A stretch of DNA of 24,247 nucleotides. Source: Oligoflexales bacterium (GTDB lineage: Bacteria; Bdellovibrionota_B; Oligoflexia; Oligoflexales; Bog-1112). A program made the translations under genes and the position numbers. Location of the stretch: NCBI GenBank assembly GCA_045105515.1, contig JBGCDR010000252.1:1-24247 (forward strand), read 5' to 3'. The notes beneath the pieces are model-generated. The model saw nothing but the letters and a program-made list of their open reading frames with translations. It was not told where the DNA came from and did no database searches. Each line of letters opens with the position of its first letter. Position 1 is the stretch's first letter. Below, one piece after another: positions 1 to 9,262 of the stretch.

Positions 1-146
1 CATCAAGTCGAGTGAAGATAGAGCATGCAATAGGAGGTATTAAAATATTCAACGCAGCTTCTTCAAAGTTAAGAGTCAGAATTGATAAGCTTCGTGATGA
101 AATAGGTTACGCAGCAGCAGGTCTTTGGAACTATAAAATAGCATAA
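1..146 (+). CDS. IS5-family (ISL2-like, DDE_Tnp_4-type) transposase, C-terminal fragment truncated by the window edge
   Basis: Manual translation from nt 3 gives SSRVKIEHAIGGIKIFNAASSKLRVRIDKLRDEIGYAAAGLWNYKIA*. It contains the IS4/IS5 R-x3-E-x6-K signature (RVKIEHAIGGIK) and the typical ...AGLWN tail. Stop TAA is at 144-146. Confidence 0.85.
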   Translation, partial: SSRVKIEHAIGGIKIFNAASSKLRVRIDKLRDEIGYAAAGLWNYKIA

Positions 147-187
147 ATTAAGCTACCAAAGGGTTTTATCAATTGTTAGACAACTCT
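1..187 (+). mobile_element. Right end of an IS5-family insertion sequence; putative IRR about 173-187 (TTGTTAGACAACTCT)
   Basis: Follows the transposase stop. The reverse complement AGAGTTGTCTAACAA resembles IS5-type termini and abuts TAA/AAT, a possible 3-bp target. The left end is outside the window, so the IR cannot be confirmed. Confidence 0.55.
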
Positions 188-312
188 AATAAATAGTGCT
201 AATTTTCCGCAATAGAATATGGAGGGGACGTCCAGTCTACATAAATAATGACGAATTGAAAGCAGTGAAATCTGTTAAGGGAACGATCTCATGTCGATGC
301 GAAATCCAGATT

Positions 313-1222
313 ATGAAGCTATTTTAGTGCTAGTTTGTGGCCTCTCTTGGCTATCTCCTGTTCTCCTATTAAACCTGGAGGAGGCAGCTCCACAGAGGTT
401 AATTCAGCTGGAGCTAAGGTGGAAGATAGCGGTAATGATAGTGAAAGTAATGATAAGCTTGGGGAAGATTCTCAGGAAGAAGAGTCTGATGATGCTATAA
501 CTGGAAATGGTAGCATACCATCAAGCCAAAGTAGTAATGATACCGCATTAACCGAACGCTATAATTTTGCAGCGGTATGCGGCCCTTTGTTTGGCATGTC
601 TAATGATGAGGCTGGTCCAAGAGAAGGCGTTTTAACCAACGATGAAGAGGGAGTGGCAGAGGATGACAGCTCCCAGAGTCCAAGCAGTAGTAATGCATCT
701 TGTTTGGAAGGTCCTAGTATCTCAAGCTTTCAAGCAGTTCAAGCATTTGCTGAATATGATCAACGAAAGGCCGACTGTGTTGCTGCTGACGGCTTTTGGG
801 ATTCTCGAGGAGATGATTCTAATAACCCAGGGGAAACTGGAGAATGCTTTGATGTTGAAGCCTCTTCTTCAGGTTTGTTTTGTGATTTTAAAGAACTTGA
901 TGCGAAGATGGGCGATGTATTTGGAATCCAAGGCTTCATTGAAGGGTATCAGCACTTAGGATGGCAGGTAGAACAATGTGTGTTTTCACCAAGTGGACCC
1001 TACCTTACTTTGTCAACTGTGGTTGTTGATAAAAATCAGAATCTTGCCCACTTGATTAGTAAAGTTGCCTTCCTTGAAAGCATTTCTGTTGTTTGCGAAG
1101 GAAAGAGCGGTGGAGTCTGTGACCAGATAGACGACCCAAATGCAGAGGTTTTATTTGTGAGCGCCCCTCTCACTATTCGATCTAAAACAGTTGATGAACT
1201 CAATCAAATTTTAGCTAAATGA
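313..1222 (+). CDS. Putative lipoprotein with an acidic/Ser-rich disordered N-terminal region and a Cys-containing C-terminal domain; apparent 1-nt frameshift in the signal peptide (intact frame 335..1222)
   Basis: ORF 335..1222 has the lipobox-like LAISC but no n-region. ATG AAG CTA TTT at 313 joins this frame if one T of the run at 322-325 is removed, giving MKLFSASLWPLLAISC. Confidence 0.65.
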
Positions 1223-1240
1223 TATTTCGTCTTTATTTGT

Positions 1241-2248
1241 TCAAATAATCTTTTTACCCCATACTGAGCTAAAAAAATCTTGAGATTTATTTAAATCTCT
1301 AAGGGCAAACCTTAATACACTAGGAATATGCCCAAGTCGATAAGTAAGAGTTTTGGCTCCTGTCAATTGCCTGGCAAATGAATCCTGTAGTACTGATGGA
1401 ACAATCGTGTCCGTTTTCGAGTTGACAAGAAAAAAGTGAGAATAGTCCTGCTCACAAATTGCCTGATAGGGTTCAAAAGGAAGGCTATGTTCCAAGAATT
1501 TTTCGTATTCTTCAATTGTTGGAGAACCTAGGGCAAGCATGTGCTCTTTACGCAATTCATCAATAGCGGCCAATGAGGAATCAAGAATGGTTTTTGAAAA
1601 ATTTCCACTGCTTACTATGAAATTTACAGCTTTTATTCGTTCATCGATCAAAGCGAGAAAACTGCCACGAATTCCACCAAAACTATACCCTAGAAGTCCA
1701 ATCTTCTCAGAGTCAATCTCATCTAACTGGATTAAAGCATCAATAACAAGCATACCGGCTTGAATATTATTTTTCGTTACCTCGTAAATTTTTTCAGGAC
1801 GCCGGTCATTTTCAATATCGCGATAGTGGCTAATTAAAACATGCATCCCATTTTTAGCAAAGTACTTGCCGATATGATGATCAATCCAGCTTACACCTTG
1901 GAACCCCGGGAATATGAGTACCAGTGGTTTTTTGCTGTTAGATTCTTGGCCCTGATTTTTAGTATTTAAGTATAGGTCATAGGGGATTTGTCCGGGGCCT
2001 TCTGCGCTTATAAGACCTTTGATATGTTCAAAGGTCTTGGTTTTAGTGATGGATTCCCAGGTTTGCCAATTTGGTATGCTTCTCTTGGTAAGTTCAGTTT
2101 TGATTTTGTTGAGACCTAACTGGCCTTGTTCAGTACACTTGCCAAGAGCCCCAGTTGCAGAATAGGATAGGCTTGCGGTTAAAAAAAATATTTTGATAGA
2201 AATGCTGCAGCTCATACAGTTTTGCTTCCTGTGGTGGCGGTGATTCAT
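1241..2248 (-). CDS. Secreted alpha/beta hydrolase (esterase/dienelactone-hydrolase-like)
   Basis: Oxyanion region LIFPGFQG, nucleophile elbow GYSFGG, D in KTDTIVP, H in LGHIP, and a hydrophobic signal-like segment. The true start may be the second Met at about 2215. Confidence 0.8.
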   Translation of the reverse strand: MNHRHHRKQNCMSCSISIKIFFLTASLSYSATGALGKCTEQGQLGLNKIKTELTKRSIPNWQTWESITKTKTFEHIKGLISAEGPGQIPYDLYLNTKNQGQESNSKKPLVLIFPGFQGVSWIDHHIGKYFAKNGMHVLISHYRDIENDRRPEKIYEVTKNNIQAGMLVIDALIQLDEIDSEKIGLLGYSFGGIRGSFLALIDERIKAVNFIVSSGNFSKTILDSSLAAIDELRKEHMLALGSPTIEEYEKFLEHSLPFEPYQAICEQDYSHFFLVNSKTDTIVPSVLQDSFARQLTGAKTLTYRLGHIPSVLRFALRDLNKSQDFFSSVWGKKII

Positions 2249-2357
2249 AAAACATGGGGTTCCTAATGGAACCCTAAAAAGGGGTATGTCAGATACATGT
2301 TAAGCTTACGTGGCGAATTTATGGATGGTTGGAAGAATTTACTCAATAAAAAAATTA

Positions 2358-3041
2358 TTAGGTCCGTGTCATAGAGATTGCCATTGTTGGTGAGATAAAT
2401 TTCAACTCTTGCTGAGGATCCGCGGTAGTGTCGCGCAAAATAGTTCTCTTTAGCTGTACTTTGATTACAAAACTATACCCTTGACCTTTAATCACTTCAG
2501 TTGGATCGACAAAACCTACACTGCATTCGCCGGTAAGGTCTTCTGAATTACAAGTGCCAAGATCTGTGTATGAGCAAACATCTTCACCTCCTTCTGGATT
2601 GAGTCCGAGGTTTGTCGCGATCGAGTCAATAAACTTAGTTTTAGCAGTAACCTGTTCGGCAAAGGTTACCCAAAACCCAGTGATTACCTTGCCTGTGATA
2701 TCCAAACTTAAAGAGCTTTCTGATATTTCTTTTGAAAAGACTTTTTGTATGCGGTTAGTGATCCGGTAACTCACTGGATCATCATCATACAGATCGACCA
2801 TTCTGACTGCCCCGTTGCTTGTGTCAAGTATTCTTACAACCACGTTCTTGAGAGTAAAATTGACAGAATACGGTTCAAACCATTCGTCATTGCAGCTTAT
2901 GCCTCCGCTGGTATAGCTAGGCTCTTCTAGAACAGTAAGCATCTTAACATCAAGAAATTGGCTGGTGAGGCTGCTTTGATCACACCCACTTAAACTGGTG
3001 AAGGCTAATGTTAGTATTGCTATCAGTTTTTCCACGCTCAT
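2358..3041 (-). CDS. Hypothetical lipoprotein
   Basis: 227-aa ORF with signal peptide MSVEKLIAILTLAFTSLSGC ending in lipobox LSGC. The mature part is beta-rich with 4 further Cys. Confidence 0.75.
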   Translation of the reverse strand: MSVEKLIAILTLAFTSLSGCDQSSLTSQFLDVKMLTVLEEPSYTSGGISCNDEWFEPYSVNFTLKNVVVRILDTSNGAVRMVDLYDDDPVSYRITNRIQKVFSKEISESSLSLDITGKVITGFWVTFAEQVTAKTKFIDSIATNLGLNPEGGEDVCSYTDLGTCNSEDLTGECSVGFVDPTEVIKGQGYSFVIKVQLKRTILRDTTADPQQELKFISPTMAISMTRT

Positions 3042-3214
3042 AGATTTGCCCCTGATTGCGTGTTAAATTCTTGTAGGATCAGCATTGGTATTCGTATTAG
3101 CTTCTCGACATGAAAATCTGTAAGCTTGATAGGAAAAAAATCGCCACTTGAATCCAAATAATACCCATGCCATTTTATCAGGGCTTTTTTCGCTCCGTGA
3201 TAGAATAAAAGAGA

Positions 3215-4426
3215 ATGATTAACTCACTCGTTGATAGGTCTATGCCACCAATATATTTGATAAGTTTAATTGTAGCAGTTCTAGTAGTATGCATTGCAGC
3301 TCTAATTTTTTACAAGTGGCGTATTGCAGGCGAGGAGATAGGAGGGCTCGGATCAGAGCCAACACCTTCTTTTGAAAAAAGAGAATATGAAGAAGTGGCA
3401 CCTTGCAACTCTGATAGACCAGTGTGGGAAGCTCAAGATCCCGAGTGGCAAAGGCAGATGCGGGGTGTAGGCCAGCGCCTCAGTGATCAAGGAGTAGGAG
3501 TTGTATTTTTCATTCATGGAACTTTTGTGGGGTCAGACCCTTTTGATTTGACGAGACTTCTGGAAAGAGGCTTACCTCAGATCAACAAGGCCGTTTTAAA
3601 AAAAGTTGTTGATAAATATAACCGGAAGAAAGATTCCTTAATTGGAGATAAGGGTATTTTTTCAGATGAATACATCGCTTTATTTGAGTCTGGGATCGAG
3701 CAGAAAGTCGATTGTCATCGTTTTACATGGTCTTCTGGCAATCATCATTATGCGCGCTTAACTGCCACTTTGGGGCTTATTGAGCAACTAAGCTCGTTAG
3801 AGCAAAGTAATGGTTCAAGAATTTTGCTAATAGGTCACAGCCACGGAGGCCAGCTGTTTGCTTTAATGACCCAGATGCTAGACGATTTTTCCTTTGCCAA
3901 AGAGTTAACTTCTCTGGCAATTCAAGGTGGGTTCGAAATTGAGCCTAAAAGGGTGATTAAAAACTTAAAAATTTTAAAAGGTCTGTCCTTAGATTTTGTT
4001 ACTTTAGGTACTCCAAAACGCTATGCATGGAAACTTTCTGCAAAGCAACGGGTTTTGCATATGATAAATCATAGAGGCACCTCCATTCAGGGAGGCGTTT
4101 ATGGAGGAATCTTAGGTACTAGGGATGGAGATTATGTCCAGCAGTGGGGGACTGAAGGTTCGGATAGTTTGAGTCCAATTATGAAGCATGCGCAAATCAA
4201 TAACATACTTAATAAACATTTAGGAATAGGCTTCGGCATTAATCATTGGAGCTCACGGATTCGATTGAAACAGCGTCTTCATCCGGTTGGACACAATCTT
4301 CTTGTTGATTACAAAGATAAGAGTAGAGGCATTAACTTCTTGGGAACCTTGTTTGGTCATGGGATCTATACGCGGTACCAAACTATGCTATTCAATATGA
4401 AAGAAATAATCAATTACTTTTACTAA
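3215..4426 (+). CDS. Membrane-anchored alpha/beta-hydrolase-fold (lipase-like) protein
   Basis: N-terminal TM helix, FIHGT oxyanion motif, LIGHSHGG nucleophile motif, FVTLGTP strand, candidate Asp (DGDYVQ) and His (FGHGIY). Confidence 0.75.
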   Translation: MINSLVDRSMPPIYLISLIVAVLVVCIAALIFYKWRIAGEEIGGLGSEPTPSFEKREYEEVAPCNSDRPVWEAQDPEWQRQMRGVGQRLSDQGVGVVFFIHGTFVGSDPFDLTRLLERGLPQINKAVLKKVVDKYNRKKDSLIGDKGIFSDEYIALFESGIEQKVDCHRFTWSSGNHHYARLTATLGLIEQLSSLEQSNGSRILLIGHSHGGQLFALMTQMLDDFSFAKELTSLAIQGGFEIEPKRVIKNLKILKGLSLDFVTLGTPKRYAWKLSAKQRVLHMINHRGTSIQGGVYGGILGTRDGDYVQQWGTEGSDSLSPIMKHAQINNILNKHLGIGFGINHWSSRIRLKQRLHPVGHNLLVDYKDKSRGINFLGTLFGHGIYTRYQTMLFNMKEIINYFY

Positions 4427-4445
4427 GTAGGAGGCGAAGGGAGTC

Positions 4446-4946
4446 TTGATGCGTTGTATGAGCAATTTATGCTTAATTTTCTTTGTGGTTTGCTCCTGTA
4501 AATCTACTTCAAAAAAAAATACTAGTGATCGGGGAGATCTCTATCAGATCTCATATACGGGCTACAATATAAAGTCAGAGGCAGAGGTGTGCTATCCTGA
4601 CGAAAACATCAACTGTATTTCTCGTAGTGATGATCAGAGCAAATTTTTGCAAGAATGCGAGGATTTGGGTTACCAAGTTTTTGAGTGTGCCTGTGAGCAT
4701 GTACTTTGTGGCTATAATATTGCAAAAGAAAGTCTAGGTAAGAGCTTGAGCTCTACTTCAAAGTTTACCGGATATGATTTCCAGGGTAAAAAAAGATCTT
4801 GTTTACCGATGGCAAAAGATGTTTTTTGTACTCTTAGTGTCGAACTTGCAGATAAATTTGCTTTGGAATGCCTAAATCGTGGATATGAAAGTGTTCAGTG
4901 TGCCTGCCATGATCACTTATGTAGTCAACGGCTCAACTCCTTTTGA
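4446..4946 (+). CDS. Cys-rich lipoprotein with two tandem copies of a 6-Cys domain
   Basis: RBS-like AGGAGG/GGGAG upstream, lipobox-like VCSC, and an internal repeat at aa 37-88 and 107-159. The start may be the ATG at 4449. Confidence 0.75.
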   Translation: MMRCMSNLCLIFFVVCSCKSTSKKNTSDRGDLYQISYTGYNIKSEAEVCYPDENINCISRSDDQSKFLQECEDLGYQVFECACEHVLCGYNIAKESLGKSLSSTSKFTGYDFQGKKRSCLPMAKDVFCTLSVELADKFALECLNRGYESVQCACHDHLCSQRLNSF

Positions 4947-5010
4947 CCCCATCTTTAGTAAAAATCGTCAAACTTATGCCAAAATAGCGCATTTTTTTTT
5001 AAGGTGTAGC

Positions 5011-5019
5011 TGGTATAAT
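5011..5019 (+). promoter_or_regulatory. Extended -10 promoter (TGnTATAAT) for 5057..5461
   Basis: Exact TGGTATAAT 38 nt upstream of the ATG, followed by a purine-rich RBS (AAGGGGG). Confidence 0.55.
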
Positions 5020-5056
5020 CAATTATAGGCACAATTTCGTCATAAGGGGGCATACC

Positions 5057-5461
5057 ATGAAACTTTTTCGTCTAATATATGTCATTTTGGCTGCGACATT
5101 AAGTTCTAGTTATGTTTATGGTCAGTGTGATAGTTTTTTTCAAGCCGGAAATTCCTTGCTCTATAAACAGAGGCAAGCCTCAGTTAGGTATAGTGCCTCT
5201 GTGTATATTGATACTACTTTTTCTTGTGAAGAAGGAGTGTGTTTTTATGGAATTTTAAGGTCCGGGAGAAGTAAGCCAGATGTGATCGATGGTTTTTATA
5301 ATGACAATGAGTTTTATTTTGCTCGATTAATTCGTAAGGGAAGTGGGAATGGATGGAAGGAAGTCATTCACTATCATGGAGCCTGCGACGAATATGATGC
5401 TCTGGGGCAGTTTTACGGAAAAAACCGCGAATACCTTGGACGTTTTTTCTTGTTAAAGTGA
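5057..5461 (+). CDS. Small secreted hypothetical protein (beta-rich, 4 Cys)
   Basis: Sec-type signal MKLFRLIYVILAATLSSSYVYG; RBS present. Confidence 0.7.
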   Translation: MKLFRLIYVILAATLSSSYVYGQCDSFFQAGNSLLYKQRQASVRYSASVYIDTTFSCEEGVCFYGILRSGRSKPDVIDGFYNDNEFYFARLIRKGSGNGWKEVIHYHGACDEYDALGQFYGKNREYLGRFFLLK

Positions 5462-5523
5462 AAAGTATGAGAGCTCTGGATGGAGCCCTGCTGGGGCTAT
5501 TTCCACTGACCATAGATAAATAG

Positions 5524-6876
5524 CTATGCCCAGATCCAATCTAGCCCCATAAATAGAATGATCGAAACAGAAATAGGAACAATAATTCGGATACAGATTA
5601 AAAGCACTATACGATATCCCTCAAAACCAGTGTCTTTTATGATTTCGTCAATTGCGCGTGGGCCTAATACCCAACCGATAAAAATAGAAGTTAAGAGTCC
5701 TGATAAAGGTAAAAACAAACTAGAAGTTAGCTTATCGAAGAAATCAAAAAAATTCAGTCCGACAATCTTGATGTGACTTAAAACATTTGTGGAAAGATCA
5801 CTTAGTATGCCTAAGGAAAAAGCTGCTAAACTCACGATAACCGTTGTTATCCGCCTTGTAGTCTTGAAGGTTTCGGTGCAGTAAGCTACTACAACCTCGA
5901 GTATAGAAATGGTTGAAGTTAAAGCTGTGAAGGCAATCAGCAAGAAGAAAGTAACCGCTATGAAATATCCGCCAGGCATTTTACCAAACAGGAGTGGAAG
6001 GGTCTGAAAAATAAGGGTAGGCCCTGTATCTACTTCGATTCCATAGCTAAACACAGCTGTAAATATGACCAAACCTGCAGTCAGTGCAAGAACCGTATCG
6101 ATTAACGCAATTGAAAAACCCATCTTAGGAAGGTTGTCATCTTTGGATAGGTAGCTACCAAAGGTCACCATGACTCCAACTGCAACGCTGAGTGTAAAGA
6201 AGGAGTGTCCAACCGCCTCCAAGAGGCTGTCCCATGATAGCTTTGAGAAGTCGGGAAGAAATAAAAATTCTACAGCCTGGCCAAAACCGGGAAGAAACAA
6301 GGAATAGACAAGCAGGCCAATTAGTATGAGTACTAAGCCAGGCATTAGTAATTTAGTCCATTTCTCAATGCCTTGTTGCACTCCACCCAGGACGATGCCC
6401 ATAGTTAGGAGCATAAACGTTAAATGTAGGAAAATCTGCCTTGTAGGATCTTCAAAAAGATCAGATAACATGGATTTTATTTCAGATTCAGGCCGAGTTC
6501 CAAACTCATTGAATAAGGAACACCATTCAAAATTTAATATCCAACCTCCTATTACACTATAAAAGGAGAGGATAACAAATGCACTGATAAGGCCTAGCGC
6601 ACCCGGAAGACGCCAAAACGACTTTTTATTGTGAACTTTTTCATATGCAAGAACCGCATTTGCTTGTCCTATTTTACCAATGTAGAGCTCAGCAAGCAAA
6701 ACGGGTACTCCAACGAGTGCAATGCAAATGAGGTAGACCAAGACAAATGCACCACCTCCGTTCATCCCGGTGATATAGGGAAATTTCCAGATATTACCTA
6801 GACCTACTGCTGAACCAGCAGCTGCCAACACAAAACCCAAAGAGCCGCTCCACTTGGGACGGTTTCCCTCACTCAT
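5524..6876 (-). CDS. Sodium-dependent transporter, NSS/SNF (LeuT-like) family
   Basis: Hallmark GSAVGLGNIWKFPY...GGGAF, plus FFTLS and ALTSTISILE motifs and about 11 TM helices. Confidence 0.95.
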   Translation of the reverse strand: MSEGNRPKWSGSLGFVLAAAGSAVGLGNIWKFPYITGMNGGGAFVLVYLICIALVGVPVLLAELYIGKIGQANAVLAYEKVHNKKSFWRLPGALGLISAFVILSFYSVIGGWILNFEWCSLFNEFGTRPESEIKSMLSDLFEDPTRQIFLHLTFMLLTMGIVLGGVQQGIEKWTKLLMPGLVLILIGLLVYSLFLPGFGQAVEFLFLPDFSKLSWDSLLEAVGHSFFTLSVAVGVMVTFGSYLSKDDNLPKMGFSIALIDTVLALTAGLVIFTAVFSYGIEVDTGPTLIFQTLPLLFGKMPGGYFIAVTFFLLIAFTALTSTISILEVVVAYCTETFKTTRRITTVIVSLAAFSLGILSDLSTNVLSHIKIVGLNFFDFFDKLTSSLFLPLSGLLTSIFIGWVLGPRAIDEIIKDTGFEGYRIVLLICIRIIVPISVSIILFMGLDWIWA

Positions 6877-7265
6877 GAGCTCATATCCTTTACTCTATTT
6901 AGTTAAATTAACACCAATGAAATAACTTCCTGATATTTATGGAGTTTTTCCAATAGTGGCGATTCTGGCTAGTGAGCCAAGCTAACATAGTTGTTTCTGG
7001 GGATCTAGCAATAACGTGTAAATTGATTTTATGATTCGTCATTTCTAAACTATTTGAACTTTATTATGAAATTCTACCTTTTATTAGGGATTTTGTATGT
7101 CTCAAGTATCACAAAAAGTTCAAGATTGTGTTGGGCCTTTCAGAATATTTGTCTATTTGGAATAAATTCGTGCCGTCAAAAAAGTAACTGCATAAAGATA
7201 GAAATATTAAAAAAAGGAACGAGCAGAGGCTTTAAAAGCCACTTCCTGAGAGCTGCTGTGGGAGA

Positions 7266-7559
7266 CTAGTATTCGACTGCAACGGTAACATCCCCTAGAA
7301 TCTTGCATTGACAGGCAAGCCTTTCATCTTCATCTGCCCGCATAGCCTTGAGGTAATCTCTTTCTTTTTCCTTGGCTGGTGATAAATTTTCAGACCCTTT
7401 CATAACCCTGAAAATGCAAATACCACAGTCAGAGTCCCGGCAATCAAATTCAATGGGGGTTTTTTCTTTGGCACATAAGGCTTGAAAACCTAGCCCATTT
7501 CTAGTGGTAAAGGTTTTCTTTTCTTCTTTGTAAATGATGCCTACTTTATTTTTTTTCAC
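7266..7559 (-). CDS. 2Fe-2S ferredoxin
   Basis: C-x4-C-x2-C (CRDSDCGIC) plus RLACQC; GTG start. Confidence 0.9.
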   Translation of the reverse strand: MKKNKVGIIYKEEKKTFTTRNGLGFQALCAKEKTPIEFDCRDSDCGICIFRVMKGSENLSPAKEKERDYLKAMRADEDERLACQCKILGDVTVAVEY

Positions 7560-7756
7560 AATCCTAACCTCAAAAACACGATATTGGTATATAAATCAGT
7601 AAACAATAAGCCTAAAATCGAAAATTACATTTCCAGTTATCTATAGAGGCTTTACCAGAAAGTAAGAGGAACTCCCGTAGGTTAAAATAGTTCAAATTTG
7701 GGAGATGCTCTAAGGCCCTTTAAGTGCTGTTTGACAATATATTCACGAGCTAAAGA

Positions 7757-9139
7757 CTAAGTAGCATCAGAGTTACCGTGAGAGCGAGTAGCTTGCCGCA
7801 TAGTTACAAATTCCTCTGCACTGGTAGGGTGGATGCCTATAGTTCGGTCAAAATCAGATTTGCTTGCCCCTGCCTTCAAGGCTACCCCAAGCCCTTGGAT
7901 AATTTCTCCGGCTTCATGACCCACCATATGGATTCCCAGCACCAGATCCGATTTCCTATCAACAATCATTTTCATAAACGTCCGTTCTTGGTTTTGTGTG
8001 AGCGAATGCTTGAGAGTGCGGAAGTTTGAGCAAAAGACATCCACTTGCTTATATTTTGCAATAGCCTGTTCTTCGGTCAGTCCTACGGTGCCTACATTTG
8101 GTTGCGAAAAAACTGCTGTGGGGATGAGCTCATAATCCAAAGTCTTCAGATCTTCGGGATTCAAAAAATTATGCACGAGGATCATTGCTTCAGCTGTCGC
8201 CACCGGCGTCAGTTGGACGTTTCCCGTAACATCCCCAAGTGCATAGATATTGGGCACAGAGGTTTGGTAGTGCTGGTTTATTTTGATGGCACCATTAGGT
8301 TTCATGTCAATGCCAAGGTTTTCGAGTCCTAGTCCAGCGACAAGAGGCTTGCGTCCTGTAGCAAAAAATATTAGCTCTGTCTCTAAAGCCTCCTCAGTGC
8401 TTAGGTTCACTTTTAGTGATCCATTCTTTAGCCGCTCAGCGCTTTTGATTTGAGTGTTGAGCAGGATTTTTACCCCCTTTGTACGCATCTGTTCTAAGAC
8501 TTGGGTTTGGATGTCTCTATCAAATGCATTCAAGATACGTCCACTTCGCTGGAGCACGGAAACTTCCACACCTAGACCATTTAAAATACTGGCGAACTCT
8601 AATCCGATATATCCTGCTCCGACGATGACAATTTTTTTCGGTAGGCTTTCCAGATGAAACATTTCGTTTGAATAGACGACATGTTCGCTCCCAGGAAAAC
8701 TCGGTTTTACAGGCCAGCTCCCCGTTGCAACTAAAATATTTTTACTTTTTATTTGTTTATCACCAACCGCAACGGTGTTTGGATCAAGTAGGCTTGCTTT
8801 GCCTCGAATCAGGTTTGCTCCTGAATTCTTTAAAAGGTTTTCGTATATTCCCTCAAGTCTTGAGATTTCAGCATCTTTATTGGCCCTAAGTTTTTTCCAA
8901 GAAAACTCTTTTTTTCCTGTGCTCCATCCAAATGACTCAGCATCATGGAGCTCTTCAGCGTAGGCAGATGCATAGACAAATAATTTTTTAGGGACACACC
9001 CAACGTTGACACAGGTTCCTCCGAGGTAGCGTTCTTCAACGATGGCAACTTTAAGCCCTTTGGAGGCAGCTAAGCGAGCAGCACGCACCCCTCCTGATCC
9101 CGCACCAATCACACAAAGGTCATATTGAAAATTTTGCAC
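7757..9139 (-). CDS. gor: Glutathione-disulfide reductase
   Basis: GAGSGG FAD motif, GGTCVNVGCVPKK redox centre, GAGYIG NADPH motif and HPTSAEE. Start re-assigned to the GTG at 9139, preceded by RBS GAGGAG. Confidence 0.93.
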   Translation of the reverse strand: MQNFQYDLCVIGAGSGGVRAARLAASKGLKVAIVEERYLGGTCVNVGCVPKKLFVYASAYAEELHDAESFGWSTGKKEFSWKKLRANKDAEISRLEGIYENLLKNSGANLIRGKASLLDPNTVAVGDKQIKSKNILVATGSWPVKPSFPGSEHVVYSNEMFHLESLPKKIVIVGAGYIGLEFASILNGLGVEVSVLQRSGRILNAFDRDIQTQVLEQMRTKGVKILLNTQIKSAERLKNGSLKVNLSTEEALETELIFFATGRKPLVAGLGLENLGIDMKPNGAIKINQHYQTSVPNIYALGDVTGNVQLTPVATAEAMILVHNFLNPEDLKTLDYELIPTAVFSQPNVGTVGLTEEQAIAKYKQVDVFCSNFRTLKHSLTQNQERTFMKMIVDRKSDLVLGIHMVGHEAGEIIQGLGVALKAGASKSDFDRTIGIHPTSAEEFVTMRQATRSHGNSDAT

Positions 9140-9233
9140 ATTAATCTCCTCAGCTGGGTTGTGAACCTTTTTCCGATACTCTGGCAATTTGCCTTGCCAC
9201 GGCTGTGGACAAGACCATCTTCGGGCTTTTCCT

Positions 9234-9262
9234 TTGACAGTGCAAGGGCTGGCGGCTAGCTT
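9234..9262 (+). promoter_or_regulatory. Sigma70-type promoter upstream of sppA
   Basis: TTGACA (9234-9239), a 17-nt spacer, then TAGCTT (9257-9262). Confidence 0.5.

Noticed and set aside
291..959. Alternative-frame ORFs 291..500 and 642..959
   Set aside because: They overlap the longer lipoprotein ORF and have no motifs; likely shadow ORFs.
4511..5000. A9 (4511-4519) and T9 (4992-5000) homopolymers as phase-variation tracts
   Set aside because: Runs of 8-9 A/T are common across this AT-rich window and the affected ORF is intact.
7054..7269. 71-aa ORF between the NSS transporter and the ferredoxin
   Set aside because: TTG start, no clear RBS, AT-rich and no motif; probably intergenic sequence.
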